Below the pieces are notes generated by a model. The model ran no database searches and had not been told where the DNA came from. It worked only from the letters and a program-made list of their open reading frames with translations. Shown piece by piece: positions 45,672-58,601 of a stretch of DNA of 64,000 bases (within the stretch, counting starts at the first letter, position 1; every line of letters begins with the position of its first letter). Location: positions 3,094,401 through 3,158,400 of the forward strand of contig MU004231.1 of the NCBI GenBank assembly GCA_010405405.1, in the 5' to 3' direction. The position numbers were made by a program, and so were the translations under genes. Origin of the DNA: Microthyrium microscopicum. Its lineage: Eukaryota.

Positions 45672-46937
45672 ATGCCTCCAGCAGCATTTGAGGTTCAGCC
45701 AGTTGGCGCTCAACCAACTGGACAGCCTGGTGAAGTATCGAGCTCCAAGCAGCAGCCGCTGAAGCCACTGAAGCAAACCGGCGTAATGGACAACTACGAA
45801 CACTTCGACGTGACCCCCGTTATTGGTCGCGAATTCCCCAAGGCCAGCCTCGTCGAATGGCTCAATGCACCAAATTCCGATGCTTTGATTCGCGATCTTG
45901 CGATCACCAGTGCGTCTATTCAAAGCTCCTAAAATGCCAATAGCCGCTGCTAATTTGGCCATAGTCTGCGAACGCAACGTGGTCTTCTTCCGCGCTCAGA
46001 ATGATCTGACCAATGACTTGCAGAAGGAGCTCATCCTGCGACTCGGTAAACTTTCTGGTCGACCAGAGACATCTGGCCTTCACATCCACCCCTTGCTCAA
46101 CAATGAGCGCGAAGGTGGTGGCTCAGACCCTCAGATTAGCTCCATCAGCTCCGCACAGCACCAGAAATTCTACGATCGCAAAAATCAAGCTCAGATTGCG
46201 GCAAGTGGAGCAAAGTGGCATAGCGATATCTCGTTCGAAAAGGTTCCAGCAGATTTCTCATCCCTCCGTTTGGTGAAGCTACCATCAACTGGCGGCGGTA
46301 AGTCAAAACAGACGAGCATCCTTTTTTCTTGCTGACAGACTGTAGATACACTTTGGGCCTCTGGCTATGAGATATATGATCGTATTTCGGAGCCGTACCA
46401 AAGGTTCCTTGAGGGTCTCACAGCCACGGCCGAGCAGCCAGAATTCGGGAAGGTCGCGGAGAAAGGTGGTTTCAAGCTGTATGAGAAGCCTCGCGGTGCA
46501 ATCGAGAATGTCGGCTCTGAGTTGAAGGCAATTCATCCCGTGGTCCGTACACATCCAGTGACAGGATGGAAGAGCGTATATCCCATCGGCTCGCATATCA
46601 AGCAGATCAACGACGTGACCGAGGACGAAAGCAAAACACTTCAGAATTGGTTCCTCGACTTGATTACGAAGAACCACGATCTCCAGGTTCGCTTCAAATG
46701 GCTCAACTCTAATGATATTGGTCAGTCTCAAACCACTAAGACAAAAATTGACCACTTACTTACTGACCACCAACAGCTATCTGGGATAATCGTTGCACTT
46801 TCCACACGGCAACCCTCGACTATGATGGCTTGGGCGAGCGCTATGGAAACCGTGCGGTTGGCGTTGGCGAGCGACCTTTCTATGATGCAAACAGCACTTC
46901 TCGCCGCGAAGCGTTGGACCTTTATCGGCAGAACTAG
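45672..46937 (+). CDS. Alpha-ketoglutarate/Fe(II)-dependent sulfonate dioxygenase (TauD/TfdA family, JLP1-like)
   Basis: DVTPVIGREF, ERNVVFFRAQ, WHSDISFE (HxD), GG|DTLWASGY, HPVVRTHPVTGWKS, IWDNRCTFH. Four exons. Confidence 0.93.
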
Positions 46938-47057
46938 GTGCCTTGGAATGAAACCAACCGTCTGAACTGTCAGGCAGGTGCTCAAAAATGAGCAGGAATT
47001 GCCTCAGCAATGCCAAATTTATGTAGCAATACCATTCAATTCTCGATATCACCTGTC

Positions 47058-47428
47058 TCAGCTTGCATTGCTCTTTGAATAGCCCATTTTCTCGCGCCAC
47101 CAATCCAAAATTCCTTGCTCTTCCATCTTTCTCGCGAATTCAGGTGTTGTTTCGACGCGTTCTACGCCTGCTTCCATATGTTGCAAAGAGCAAGACGGGT
47201 CCAGCAGAGGATTGACCGCCGAGAGAAGGTCATAGCCCATATAATTCTTTTGCTTCAAGACTTCGACCATTCATTGACACCGTCCTTGCTTCCGCAGCAG
47301 TAAAATAGGCCAGGCTTGCCATACTTGAAGAGGAGGTAGACTTGATGCCTTTCGGCAGCTGATCTGAGGCCTTCCAGCTTTCGAAGAGACCTAACGTGAT
47401 GTGTTCTCGCTAAAAAATTGTGTACCAT
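47058..47428 (-). pseudogene. Small RWDD2/DUF1115 C-terminal-domain-like gene split by a 1-bp frameshift (pseudogene or sequencing error)
   Basis: MVHNFLARTHHVRS...KYGKPGLFYCCG..GVNEW continues as VEVLKQKNY...EFARKMEEQGILDWWREKMGY if one G is added at ~47267. HH, GKPG and W motifs match that domain. Confidence 0.6.
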
Positions 47429-47833
47429 GACCACTTTGATAGTCACACATTTCGATCGCCCGCGATTGAGAAAAGAGTTCGCTAGTCAACTTAAGTCACC
47501 AAGCTCGAAATGAGTTGAAACATGAAATTTTCTTGAGTAGATGTGGTCCAAGCTTTAGAGCTCAAGTTTGGATGATTGGATCCATGATCCCTGTAAATCC
47601 TTCAGGTCCCTCATGGCCCGAGCTTCTTTGGGTCACTAACTGTACATTCTAACTTCATTGTTACCGCTTGCAGCTAGGCAACCAAAACACTAAACGATCA
47701 TGTCCACATGATATATTTAACCTCAGAGTGCCTTTACTATCCACCAACCACTCATCGCCAAAACCGAAAACACAACCCAAACCAAGACACCAACACATTT
47801 TGAGTTTGATACACAGCGCAAGCTGGAGCAACC

Positions 47834-49071
47834 ATGTCGACCCAAGCTGCGAAAGGCGCAGCCTTTCTCGAAGAGAAAAAATACGACGAAGCTATTGAGC
47901 AGTACACCGAGGCTCTGAAAATCAGCCCAAGTGCTCCAGACTACTACATCAAACGGGCCATGGCATATCAGCGAAAAACACCCCCTGACTATGCCGCATC
48001 TCTCAAGGATGCCGAAATAGGTCTCGTTTCTGCGGATCGTCGAGCCCGTAGAGAGCTCATAACACAAGCGCAACTACGTCGAGGTGTCGCTTTGATGAAC
48101 CTTGAACGATATGCCGACGCCAAGTTTGTCTTTGGCATCGTCAAAGAGCTAGATCCGAAAGAGAAAACGCTGTTCGCATTCGAATACAAAGTTGATAGCA
48201 AACTAAAGGGCCTGCCGGCCGACGATGAGCGAGTCGTTTGCAAGGTCAAGAAAATCCCTGATGTTGAAATACCAAGTGCGGAAGTATCCAAGCCAGCAGC
48301 TGTGGCCAAGCCGTCGACTGCTACTGAAAAACTTCCAACTGCTCCAGTTCAGACTCCTGCCGCCAAAATTAAACACGACTGGTACCAGAGCGCAGACAAG
48401 GTTTACTTCACTCTCCTCGCAAAAGGAGTGCCAGAAGACAAGACTAGTATCGACATTCATGCCGAATCTGTAAGTCATCTGTACTACTATCTAGTTCCTG
48501 GACTAATATTTCGCAGCTCACTATCTCATTTCCAACCATTACAGGTGGGGATTATGACTTTAGTCTAGAACCGCTGTATGCGCCCATCGACCCAGAAGCA
48601 TCCATCTCGAAAATCAGCGCCACCAAAATCGAAATCACGCTCAAGAAGGTTACCGCCTCCAAGTGGCCTACCCTGGAGGGCGTAGCCAAGCCAGTCGCTC
48701 CATCAAACCCTACCGGTATGGATGCTGTCATTCGCGAAAAGGTTCTCGGCAGCGAAGCGCCCTCAACAGCCGCCGCACCAGTCCCAGAAAAGTCGTCTGC
48801 GCCTGCCTATCCGACCTCATCACGCACCGGTCCCAAGAACTGGGACAAGTTAGCTGATGAAATCGGCGACGATGCTACTGGCGGCGACGATGTGAACAAT
48901 TTCTTCCAATCTCTGTACAAGGGTGCAGACCCCGATACACAGCGCGCCATGATGAAGAGCTACCAGGAGAGCAATGGTACTGTCTTGAGTACCAACTGGA
49001 GCGAAGTTGGCAAAGGCCAGGTTGAGACGGCTCCACCAGACGGAATGGTAGCAAAGAAGTGGGGTGAATAG
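47834..49071 (+). CDS. SGT1: Hsp90 co-chaperone SGT1 (TPR-CS-SGS)
   Basis: N-terminal TPRs, CS domain (KHDWYQS), SGS domain (YPTSSRTGPKNWDKL, FFQSLYKGADPDTQRAMMKSYQESNGTVLSTNW). Intron 48470-48516. Confidence 0.96.
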
Positions 49072-51480
49072 CTACGCGGTGTGCGCCAGGTCTGAAGAAG
49101 GTGGAACGCGGTATTGCCTACATAATCGCCAAGGCATCGGAGGAGATTCACAGTGCGTATTTTTATGTTAGCGTCATGGTAAATGGCGTTTCAAACCTGT
49201 CTTAGTTCTAGTGAAAAGACTTCTTGGCTTTAATCCTTTGTTTTTCTTGTGATTTACGCGGCCTCAAATCGGTGAAATAAATAGATACTGGTTTCAACTG
49301 ATATAAGGACAGCAAAGTCGGCGAGATTGATGAAGATGGGATAATGGCCCGATTGAAAAGACTGCTAGTCATTAAACCTCTTCTCCTTAATCAACAACGC
49401 GGCCTCAAATCGGCGAAATGACTTGATCGTGCACCAGGTGTTCTAAGACCAGTGAATCGATGAGATTAACAAGCATGTTCCTCCACACTTTCTGATAGCC
49501 ATCTCAATTGCATGCATGTCGCTTGACCTACCGTTCGGCCATACTTTCTGGTTACCACCCCTGATCGGCCAGTGGGTTCATTTGGACAGTAAACCGAGGG
49601 TCCTGACCATTGTTTTATGCTTCACCGCCTGAATTGTTGAATGCGACATCTCAGCGATTGCTCACGGTGGCTGGCATGTTATGAACTGAAGGTTGTATTC
49701 GGATTGTGTACGATCGGTCCTGAGGGCTCTCTGCGTGAGACTATTTGGTCCTGTATCAAGTATACAGTCCGGCCTGAATCCTCCATTGTAACATATCTCG
49801 CAGCGTCAAAGTATAGAGGGAATTGACTTTGTCTGGACAGGCTTCGCGCGATATCACCAAGTCCGAGCAAGTGTCGAGGTTTGCCGACTAGTCGCTCATT
49901 CCTAAGAACCCGGACTTGTGTGTTTCAAAGCATAGCGTATCGTGAAAGAGGAACTATTGCAGTCTCGTGTGTGTTATGATACCGAGTGAAGTTAAGATTG
50001 CAAGAGCGCGCGGCTCACCCGCGCAAAGACCTGATGGTCTGTGAGTCCGGTCCGAAGATTCGACGATCCAATCGCAAAGTGGAATTTCTGGCTTCTATTC
50101 CAAGTTGAAACGCCTCCTCACTAACTTCATTACATTCCAACTTCACCCTTCATCGACCGTTCGGCGTTTGCGCGGCTGTGCAATATTATCTTTCTGAGTA
50201 GGGATATTCCGTGTGTCTCATGACCAGAATTCTCTCAGTAGCCAATGTCCTCCATTCAGGCTCGGATTGCTCGATACGAGATCTGTCTGATAGATCTATC
50301 TACCAACTCTTCCTGGCATACATGACTATTTTTGGACGATCTCGAAGCAATCGAAGAACATTTGCATTAGACTGGTACATCTACGATGGAGCGCGCAGGT
50401 TCAATGCTCATCTCAACCGGAAATGATCGAGCACTTCCTACTACATTCCCTCCACACGACCTGTGGTCTATCTCTCGTATATTCTATTGCCCTATGTGCT
50501 TTTTCCCTAGATTCCTTGGTACCTGACTTACAATGATATTGTAGACATAAGCTTCAATAGCCCTCCGCCGAAATAATGGCCTCAATACTCGCGCGGAGCC
50601 ATGACGCAAGCTATATTCTGTGTCTTACACCCCTGGAACAGGCTATTGTAACGAAGTTGTAGTTCAAGTGGTCTTTGCGTCTACATATGCCAAAAGCTAC
50701 CACGGGAGAACTCTGAAGCTTTTCCTTCTATAATTTAACTTGGACCTTTAGCCCGAGCACTGGCCCTCCTAGTCGCGGGTGCAACCGTTTGTACACGATG
50801 ACTATTGGTCGACTTTATTTCCCGCAGCGTACAGGGCGACGATCGACCAATACCCCTTTCATCAAGCGTCTGTCGCCTTGGTGTACATCGTACTATGAGT
50901 CTGGTTTGATGCTACTGGTGCCTGGTACCTGCGTGGGTTCAGCCGTTTGTTCCGCGGTAGACACCTCTTCTAAGCCCTCTTGAAATATTATTCAAAGCGA
51001 CTCGTTTCCCTTCGCCCTGACTGGGACTGTTCACGACAAAATCTTGGTCTACTGCGGTTGGTAGTGGTTGAAGAGGCCCTCTTGTTGACCGTCATCTCGT
51101 GTACTGTATAATTACAGCTTCACTAAAGATTATTCCTATAATCACATACAGATAATCCGAAGTGTGTGAACCTTTAGCTGGACGGATTGTGTCGAAAGTC
51201 TCCGGGATTATCTCCGAATATCTCAGCCTCACCTTCCTTTTCCAGCCTCACGATCTCGGGAGCCTCATATTCTTGGGAGCCATCAAAGTTAGCGCACTAA
51301 AACCAACCACCAGCACACTCATTTTAATTTCACCTTCACCTTCTCACGCTCCTTTCCTTCTACCCCACATTTTACGGCTTCCTGGTTCCAATTGAAGAAT
51401 TTTCATCAAACCACCTTCACTCTCCTTCATTAAGCCATTGTTCCTCTCGTTCGCCAAAACAGTCATTCTCGAATTTCAAC

Positions 51481-53053
51481 ATGCGTGTCCTCGATACTAT
51501 ATGCGCTCTCGTGCCGATTTTAGGCGCTGCGCAGGCAATGTGGCGTATGCAATGCCTCAATTTCGATGGAATATACCGCATTGACCCCCTCGTCAGTCCG
51601 GGAAAGCTCTCTGATCATGCGCACACATTTCACGGCTCACCTGGGTTTGGCATGAATATTTCGCACGACGAGATTCGAGCCGGCAGCTGCACTTCTTGTC
51701 TGGTCACGCATGACAAATCGGTTTACTGGTAAGCACCCCATTCTCATCATGCGCGCAGGTGGATTTCCTCGTTATTGCTTTAAGTCCGCCTCAAACAGAC
51801 TATCGCATTATTGTCATACTCTAACATTGAAATGAACAGGACTCCGCCTTTGATGTTCCAGTACCCTAATGGAACCACTGTTGTTCTTGAGCAAATTGGC
51901 GGCATGCTAGCCTACTACGAGCAGTTGCCCATAGTCCCTATTCCACAGCCAGGCCAAACTACGGCGTTCCCAGCCGGTTTTCGTATGATTGCTGGAGACA
52001 ATACTCGACGGGGATCCACCTTGCCTGCCACAATTGAACAAAAATCAGTCTGGGTTTTTGATCCCAAAATGAGAGAGCAAAGCACACTTGCCCAGCTGGC
52101 CATTGGCTTCAATTGCCTAAACTATAAAGGAACACCAGAACCTTTCGACGATCGCAACAAACTCCCTGGCCGCCACGTTCTAGACAGTTGTGCGGATGGT
52201 CTTCGGCTGGAGCTTACATTTCCTAGCTGCTGGGACGGTGAACATTTGGATAGTCCCGACCACAAGAGTCACGTGGCGTACTCGTCGCTAGTATTCGATG
52301 GTACCTGTCCGGAGGGTTTTGAGAAACGACTGCCAACTCTCAAGTACGAGACTATATTCAATGTGGCGAAATACAACGGCGTTGAGGGCAAATTCATGCT
52401 CAGTAATGGCGATGAGACTGGTAAGTTATATCGAGTAATAACGAAACGGCAAGGACTAACATCAGTGGGCAGGCTACAGTTATCACGGAGATTATGTGAT
52501 GGGATGGGATGAAAAGTTCCTTCAGGATGCTGTCGACGGGTGCCAAAACCGTTCTGGCTTGGTCGGGGATTGCCAGTATTTCAAGGACGCAATACAACCT
52601 GAAAATGCGGCAGCCTCGTGCCACTTCAACCCACCCGAAAAGGCTCAGGAAGAAAACTGCGCGGGACCTCGGCTTGGAAATTGTCACGGCCCCGATGGTC
52701 ATGCTGGCTCGAAAAGCTGCCCTGCAAAGCGTAAGAGATCAGACAATTGCGGTAGCTCACCTGTTCAGAATGGCAACATCCCTTCACTGGCTGCGATTAA
52801 GCATCAGAGCCGGTCAACAGTTGCAACTCAATTGCCAGCACCGCCAACGCCTCTCGCTGTCCCTCCTCCAGCTTCATCGCGAAATCCAAAGATTAAGATA
52901 GTTATTGAGGAAGTCACCGTCGAAGAGACTACCACGCAATGGATCAAACGCGCTGAAGCGACCGAGCTGCCCGGAGCTGCTCATCATTCACATGCAGGCC
53001 ACGTTCAACGACACCAGAACCTCCACAAGCGCCATGGGCATCATCATGGCTAG
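51481..53053 (+). CDS. Secreted DUF1996-domain protein with His-rich C-terminal tail
   Basis: Signal peptide; RIDPLVSPG..SDHAH, CTSC...DKSVYW|TP, GGMLAYY, FPAGFRMIAGD, FPSCWDG..LDSPDHKSHVAY, GYSYHGDY.MGWD. Three exons. Confidence 0.92.
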
Positions 53054-53800
53054 ACGCCATGGTATCCTACTCGCAACTGATCGAATAGTGCACACTGCGC
53101 GCTGTGCCATCACTTTTGTTGCTCATATTGTCCGACTGATTTCTTTTTTTGATGATATCCCATCCACCCTAATCGGGCGGAACGACTGCACATGTATTAT
53201 GATTTTTCATTCTTGGGCCAGCGGCGGCCGCAGTCGCGGGATTCGTTGTTGACCAACGAAGGAAATAGATATACCTTAGTCAGTGCATGGGAACACAACT
53301 GGCTCATTGAGCTCAAGTGAATAGACAGCCCTGTTATCGAATTCCTGAAGTCTATTGCAGAGTGAGTATATGTAATAACAGCGGCATGTAAAATATCTAC
53401 TTGGTCATGGAAGAACAAAATAAAAACCTTTCCCATAATGGTCATTCTCTCTTGTACCGCATATATGTAGGTACCTAGCTAATGACATCGAGATCCCAAA
53501 GCCTATGATGGCCCTTAAAGTAAACTTTTTATGATCTCGACAGCTGATTTTCACCACAATCAGGCTCGAAACTGCCCTGTCATGGAGTCCAATGTTGCTG
53601 CGATTCTAAATAGACTCACTCAGAATGCGCTTTCGTGATACCATCCCTGATACCTTCCTGAATTCGTGATTAGCGCCAATGCTAACGTCTGGTTTGTCCC
53701 CCGTCAAAAGCAACGTCTTAAACTCCTTCCCAAATCATATACCATATGCTAGAAACTGTACACGATGACATAACAATATCAACGATATGCCCGTATCACT

Positions 53801-54916
53801 CTATGCCCTCAAGATCGGATCTCGTCCGGCTCGGAGCTCCGCTGCAATTTCACCAACTCCTCGTCCCAGCCTATCGACTTCAGCCAATTCACTGGCGATC
53901 AACAACACTAGTTCCTCTCGTTCATCTTCCACGTCATCTCTCCTCGCGGAACTCAGTCCTTCTCTCGCCATCTGTACCGCTTCAAGCGGGACACCCCGTC
54001 GACCACTCGCACTCGACAGCATGAGCGTTACCACTGCCAACCGCACCAACACCTGTGCTCGCAGATCAGCCGGCGCACTTGCCAGCAAACCCCGGAGTTC
54101 GGCATTCGCAGGCACCAGCTGTTCGATATCACCAGTTGCGCGGAACAGCAGCTTGCGCGCGACACACAGATTCAGCGTACGGTGGCGATAGTCAGCAGCT
54201 CTTCCGTCTTGGCACGCAGCTATGCCATATTGCACAGCACGCTGAAGGTCTTCTGTGGGTATCGAGGAGGCTGCTGCTCGTTTCTGGTAGTGAAGTCCAA
54301 GGTCGTTGCAGATACTGGCGCGCTGACGAGACCCTGCGATGGACAGTGCCGCTCGACCAGACTCAATGGCAGCGTCGATATCATCCTCGTTATTGTACTT
54401 GTCGAAGCGTTCTGACAGGAGATTTGCACGATTGACTGCGGCCTCGACTCGTAGTGCTGCGGCCTCTGCTGGCAAAAATTGCAATGCATGTTCGTATGCG
54501 TTGATGCCAGCGTCTAGGGACGTTTCGCTGTCGAATTTATCAAAATGGTCCTCCAGACGCTTGCCTTGGAAGCAGTAGCGTACACCACGCTCATACGAGG
54601 ATGGAGCACTGTTGATGGCTGTCTGACCCGCTTCAATGGCACAGTCATAGGCCTGGCGAGCGAGGTGCAAGTCAGACGACTGACGGGTTATGGCGCTTTT
54701 GGCAACGTAGAGTTCTGCAAGCTGATCGTATTTGGCAGCGAGGAAATGGTGGTCCAATGAACTCGCAAGGGAGAGGTCACGGCAGAGGGCGTGTATTTGA
54801 CTGTCGATGCGAAAGAGACGGGGCGTGGATGGCATGATAGGTTGATAGACTTGGGATTGGGGCTCCCGCGAGTTGAGATGGGCACGGCTTGTTGAGTATT
54901 TTGCTGTCATAGCCAC
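53801..54916 (-). CDS. Stand-alone TPR-repeat protein of the type usually found upstream of CHAT domains
   Basis: Repeats such as SLDAGINAYEHAL, NRANLLSERFDKYNNEDDIDAAIESGRAAL, DLQRAVQYGIAAC. No CHAT domain in frame. The true start may be the internal MPSTPR ATG. Confidence 0.7.
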   Translation of the reverse strand: MAMTAKYSTSRAHLNSREPQSQVYQPIMPSTPRLFRIDSQIHALCRDLSLASSLDHHFLAAKYDQLAELYVAKSAITRQSSDLHLARQAYDCAIEAGQTAINSAPSSYERGVRYCFQGKRLEDHFDKFDSETSLDAGINAYEHALQFLPAEAAALRVEAAVNRANLLSERFDKYNNEDDIDAAIESGRAALSIAGSRQRASICNDLGLHYQKRAAASSIPTEDLQRAVQYGIAACQDGRAADYRHRTLNLCVARKLLFRATGDIEQLVPANAELRGLLASAPADLRAQVLVRLAVVTLMLSSASGRRGVPLEAVQMAREGLSSARRDDVEDEREELVLLIASELAEVDRLGRGVGEIAAELRAGRDPILRA

Positions 54917-55380
54917 GGCTTTGGCGATACGAGGTCGCTCGATATTGAATGAGTAAGTTAAGGGGTGTATACTATTGCTAGAAGGTTAGAGAATCCGTAC
55001 TGGCTGTGTAGGAACTGAAAATTGGCACTGACGGTTATGAGTGTCCTCTAATAAGGATCTCTACACGGCAAGTTCTATATCGGATACATCCAGTCCCCTT
55101 GGTCTGGGTGAAAAGGTAAGGCGAATGAGTAGTGATATATGCGAAAGGATTTCTCATTCTCTCTATGCTAAGTTCTACCTGTGGTAGTAGTTCATCGAAG
55201 AAGAACAAAAGATTCAAGCCTCAAAGTACCGTACAACCGGAAACAGGACTGATATCATAGTCACGAAAAAGACATTTTGTTCATTTGGAACATGCATATT
55301 CAGCGTGGACCAAAAGAATCCCTGCTCCTTCGTACCGTAGTCTTTACAGCTTTGGAAATACGCAGATGTAGGGAGGTTCT

Positions 55381-57051
55381 TCATGCGCCATCTATGAGGC
55401 GGATCGACGATGATCCATTAGCGCATTGCTCGGAGACTAAGGATTTAAAGTTGTCTCGAGCTTCTGACCGGCGGCCGCACAAGATAGATGGGTGCACTAA
55501 GTTCCGAGAGGTATGGCGGACTTGACCAGTATCATTTTGTCCATTTTTGATCGCAAGAGGCACTGTCCCTTGAAAATGCTTGAAGTTAGGCGCGTGGTCG
55601 CAAATGTCAAACGAGCCGAGTGATATGCTTGGTCGAAAGTGGCCTGAGGTGTACATCAACACGAGATAAACTCGGTAGTTTGGGGTGTCAAATTCGAAGC
55701 ATGGCGACCTTGTGCATACAGAACCAGGTTGGGCTGAGCCTCTCGTCGATAATCTAATCTAGTATAGTAGCCTCGATGATCGGCGGCACTCTTCCTGGTG
55801 AACCCGTTGCTGCATTGCAAGCGTGAAGCGAAGATGGTATCAATCCCCAGCTCCGGGTTGGCGGTTCTCGAATGACGTGAGGTTGGGACCACTAGGTTAC
55901 TCTAAACTCAGGGTCTTGAACAACCACATCTAATCAAGATATCGCCGCAATTGTTGCTTTACAACGCTTGGAAACTGCGCAGGTAGTTAGCCTGATCAAT
56001 CTTCAAAGTCAAGCTCAATTGTCAGACTACTGATGATTCTTTGAATCGGCTCTTCGTCTTCCGCGAACAACACAAAGCAAAACCTTTGCTTCGAAGCGAT
56101 TTGAATCAGAACGCCGTACGTAGAATCAAGATAGGAGATGATACGACGATCATTTCCAATATCTACCATGGGCAGGCGACACCTTTCAAGAAAATGTATA
56201 ATTTGTAGCCAGTTTGGAGAGAGTAATGCAACGAATGATCGAGAAACCTCCACTCCGAAGAATTTCGGGCAGCGACTCCTTTATGCTGTTCCCTGCAACA
56301 ACAAGAGGTGAGGACGCTTTAGAGAGTAGTTGCAGATGGCTTGTCTCTCCGCTGCGTGCCACAGATCTCGGTAAATTCCAGAAAAAGCCTTGCACCAGGG
56401 TCCTGGAAGATTCACACCCAGAATACGGTAATGGAAGAACTCCAAGAGAATACTGATGGCTGTGATGGTCGTTCGGAATTATGCAGCCGTGCTCCGCGGC
56501 GTCTCCGCCCCAGCTTTTTTTGCAAACCCAACCATTATTGGCGACCAACCTCACGTTTACTAATGCGGCGTTTTGGCGTTGCAACCCAGCAGCTCCAACC
56601 GGAACTTTGTTCTTTTATCGGATGAATCATGCAATATGCACACCACATGCAGCAGTTCTCGATTTCAGAGAGGGATCCAGCAGGGTTAGAATCGAAAAGA
56701 TGTCAGTGGCTACAATTTTGTCAGTACGAAGGTCATACGACTGATAATTGGGCTGAGGATGAATGTCATATGTAATCCTGGCCAATGACAACCCGTTCTC
56801 TAACGACATTGGTGAAATGCTCCGCAGTGATTTTGAAAATGCGTCTAGAATGCTCCATATTGCAGTCAAGTGAAGCTTCCCAAGGCAAATGCTGCCCATT
56901 GAGAAATCGGCGACGACTTTTCCCAGCTTTTGAAGTCGAAACGAAAGAGTGACAGTTGCTTCACTTGGTTCTGGCACCATGTTGGCTGCTGGTGTGTGTT
57001 GGCCTCCCTGGGATGTCCTGTATGGCTTTTGCTCTTACGCCTTTCATCCAT
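55381..57051 (-). pseudogene. Probable decayed gene of unknown family
   Basis: Chain of co-oriented, protein-like ORF fragments (56866..57051, 56627..56980, 56186..56584, 55996..56253, 55381..55662) separated by stops and frameshifts rather than clear introns. Confidence 0.3.
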
Positions 57052-58601
57052 AGTCGTGTGAAATGAGCTTGGAATTCTTTGGTGAACTCAGATTGGCCAG
57101 GGGTATGTAAGAGTCAAGATCGCTTTCGTTTCACATAATTATGTATTGTGAAAAAATCTGGGGCTTGGTTGATTGAGAGGAAATATTTAGACACTGCGAG
57201 AGAACTTTGGCAAAGTAAAACACTATAGCTCAATTTCCAGCACCATTGCCAGTAGTGAGCCTTAAGTATATCAGAATCGCCCAAAAATCACACTAGCATC
57301 GGGCATAAACCACCCGCAGACTGTCCAGTCCGCGGAGTTCATATACAGCAATGGCGGCTATCACTTCAATACCAGATAGGCGAGGTATGCATATGCCTCA
57401 GCCAAATCCTCCTGTCGGACAGTTGGTACAGTTTATGCCCAAAAATACAACGTCATTTTGAATTCTTTATAGATTGCTGCCCAATTCATCGTGTTGCTGC
57501 ATCGTCATAGGTCTAGATTGTTCTTTTCCGGTTCGCATACATTCAGGTTGCAATGACTTGACATCTGAGCCTCCATGCGCTGTAAGATCCTACATATAGT
57601 CATAGCTCCCAGATATCCAAGTCTAGATTCGCAAAGCTGTAGTGGGTTGTAGGTTGTCGCTTCGTTATACCGATTGGGGTTGTTGTCAACGTGCCCACAT
57701 ACATCGAAGTACATCGGTTCAAGATCGCGGTTGTCAATGCAAGTTCCGCACATGGAACTGATCAGTATCCGATGCTAGCATCCGTGATATCTGTAATCGT
57801 GAGCATAGTTCAGCGGGTTTGGACCGTTGGGAGTATGCGCGCTGCCATGGCAAAGTGGATGAATACCATAAACAAAAGCCCATGACAACGAGAGGCGATC
57901 GGCAGGGGCGCATCTGCAGGGCCAGGCTTGTGTCGATGCTTGACGGGTGAATCTTATATCTTCCTGCAGCCTAGCCATGATTTGTTTACCTTGCAAATCA
58001 TCAACCGACTGAAATTCGACAGAACAGTCTCATCAACACCAACGTATGACAACGGGAATGATATCTTTGAGCAAGTGAATTTGGACCGGGAGAGCCTGTT
58101 TCGAGTATGGGGCAGCTGATGGTGGTAGTCATCGACATCGAGAGTACTAATCGCTGAAATAAGTCGCAGGTCCCCATATGCCTCCTTCCTTCCTTCCTTC
58201 ACACTCACGATAGTTAAAAAATTCTTTTTTTCTCCTATAGAATTCGTTACCTTTGGCTTGAATGCTGACCTTCTTACATCTTTTTCAACAAGTTGGCGCC
58301 ACTAGTCATCAGGTTTGATGAGAGGATACAATTGACTTTGTGCATCCATTGATAACAATCTTATTGTTACCTCACACATCGAACTTATGAGCTGTAGAAA
58401 ACAATGATGATCGTTATTGCGTCGCATATAGCACCAAAATACCCCTTGGTGCTGTTTTGTATTACCGAAAGCCGTATAACAATTCGTATCCCCATATCGT
58501 GCAAATCATGACTGATACACCATAAGCCCATGAAACCATAAACCCATGAGACCATGTCCCAAGCCATGGAAATCCAAATAATTTGCCCAATCGACCACGA
58601 C

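Noticed and set aside
57505..58208. Small gene or F-box-like relic
   Set aside because: Only short fragments on both strands with no consistent frame or motif.
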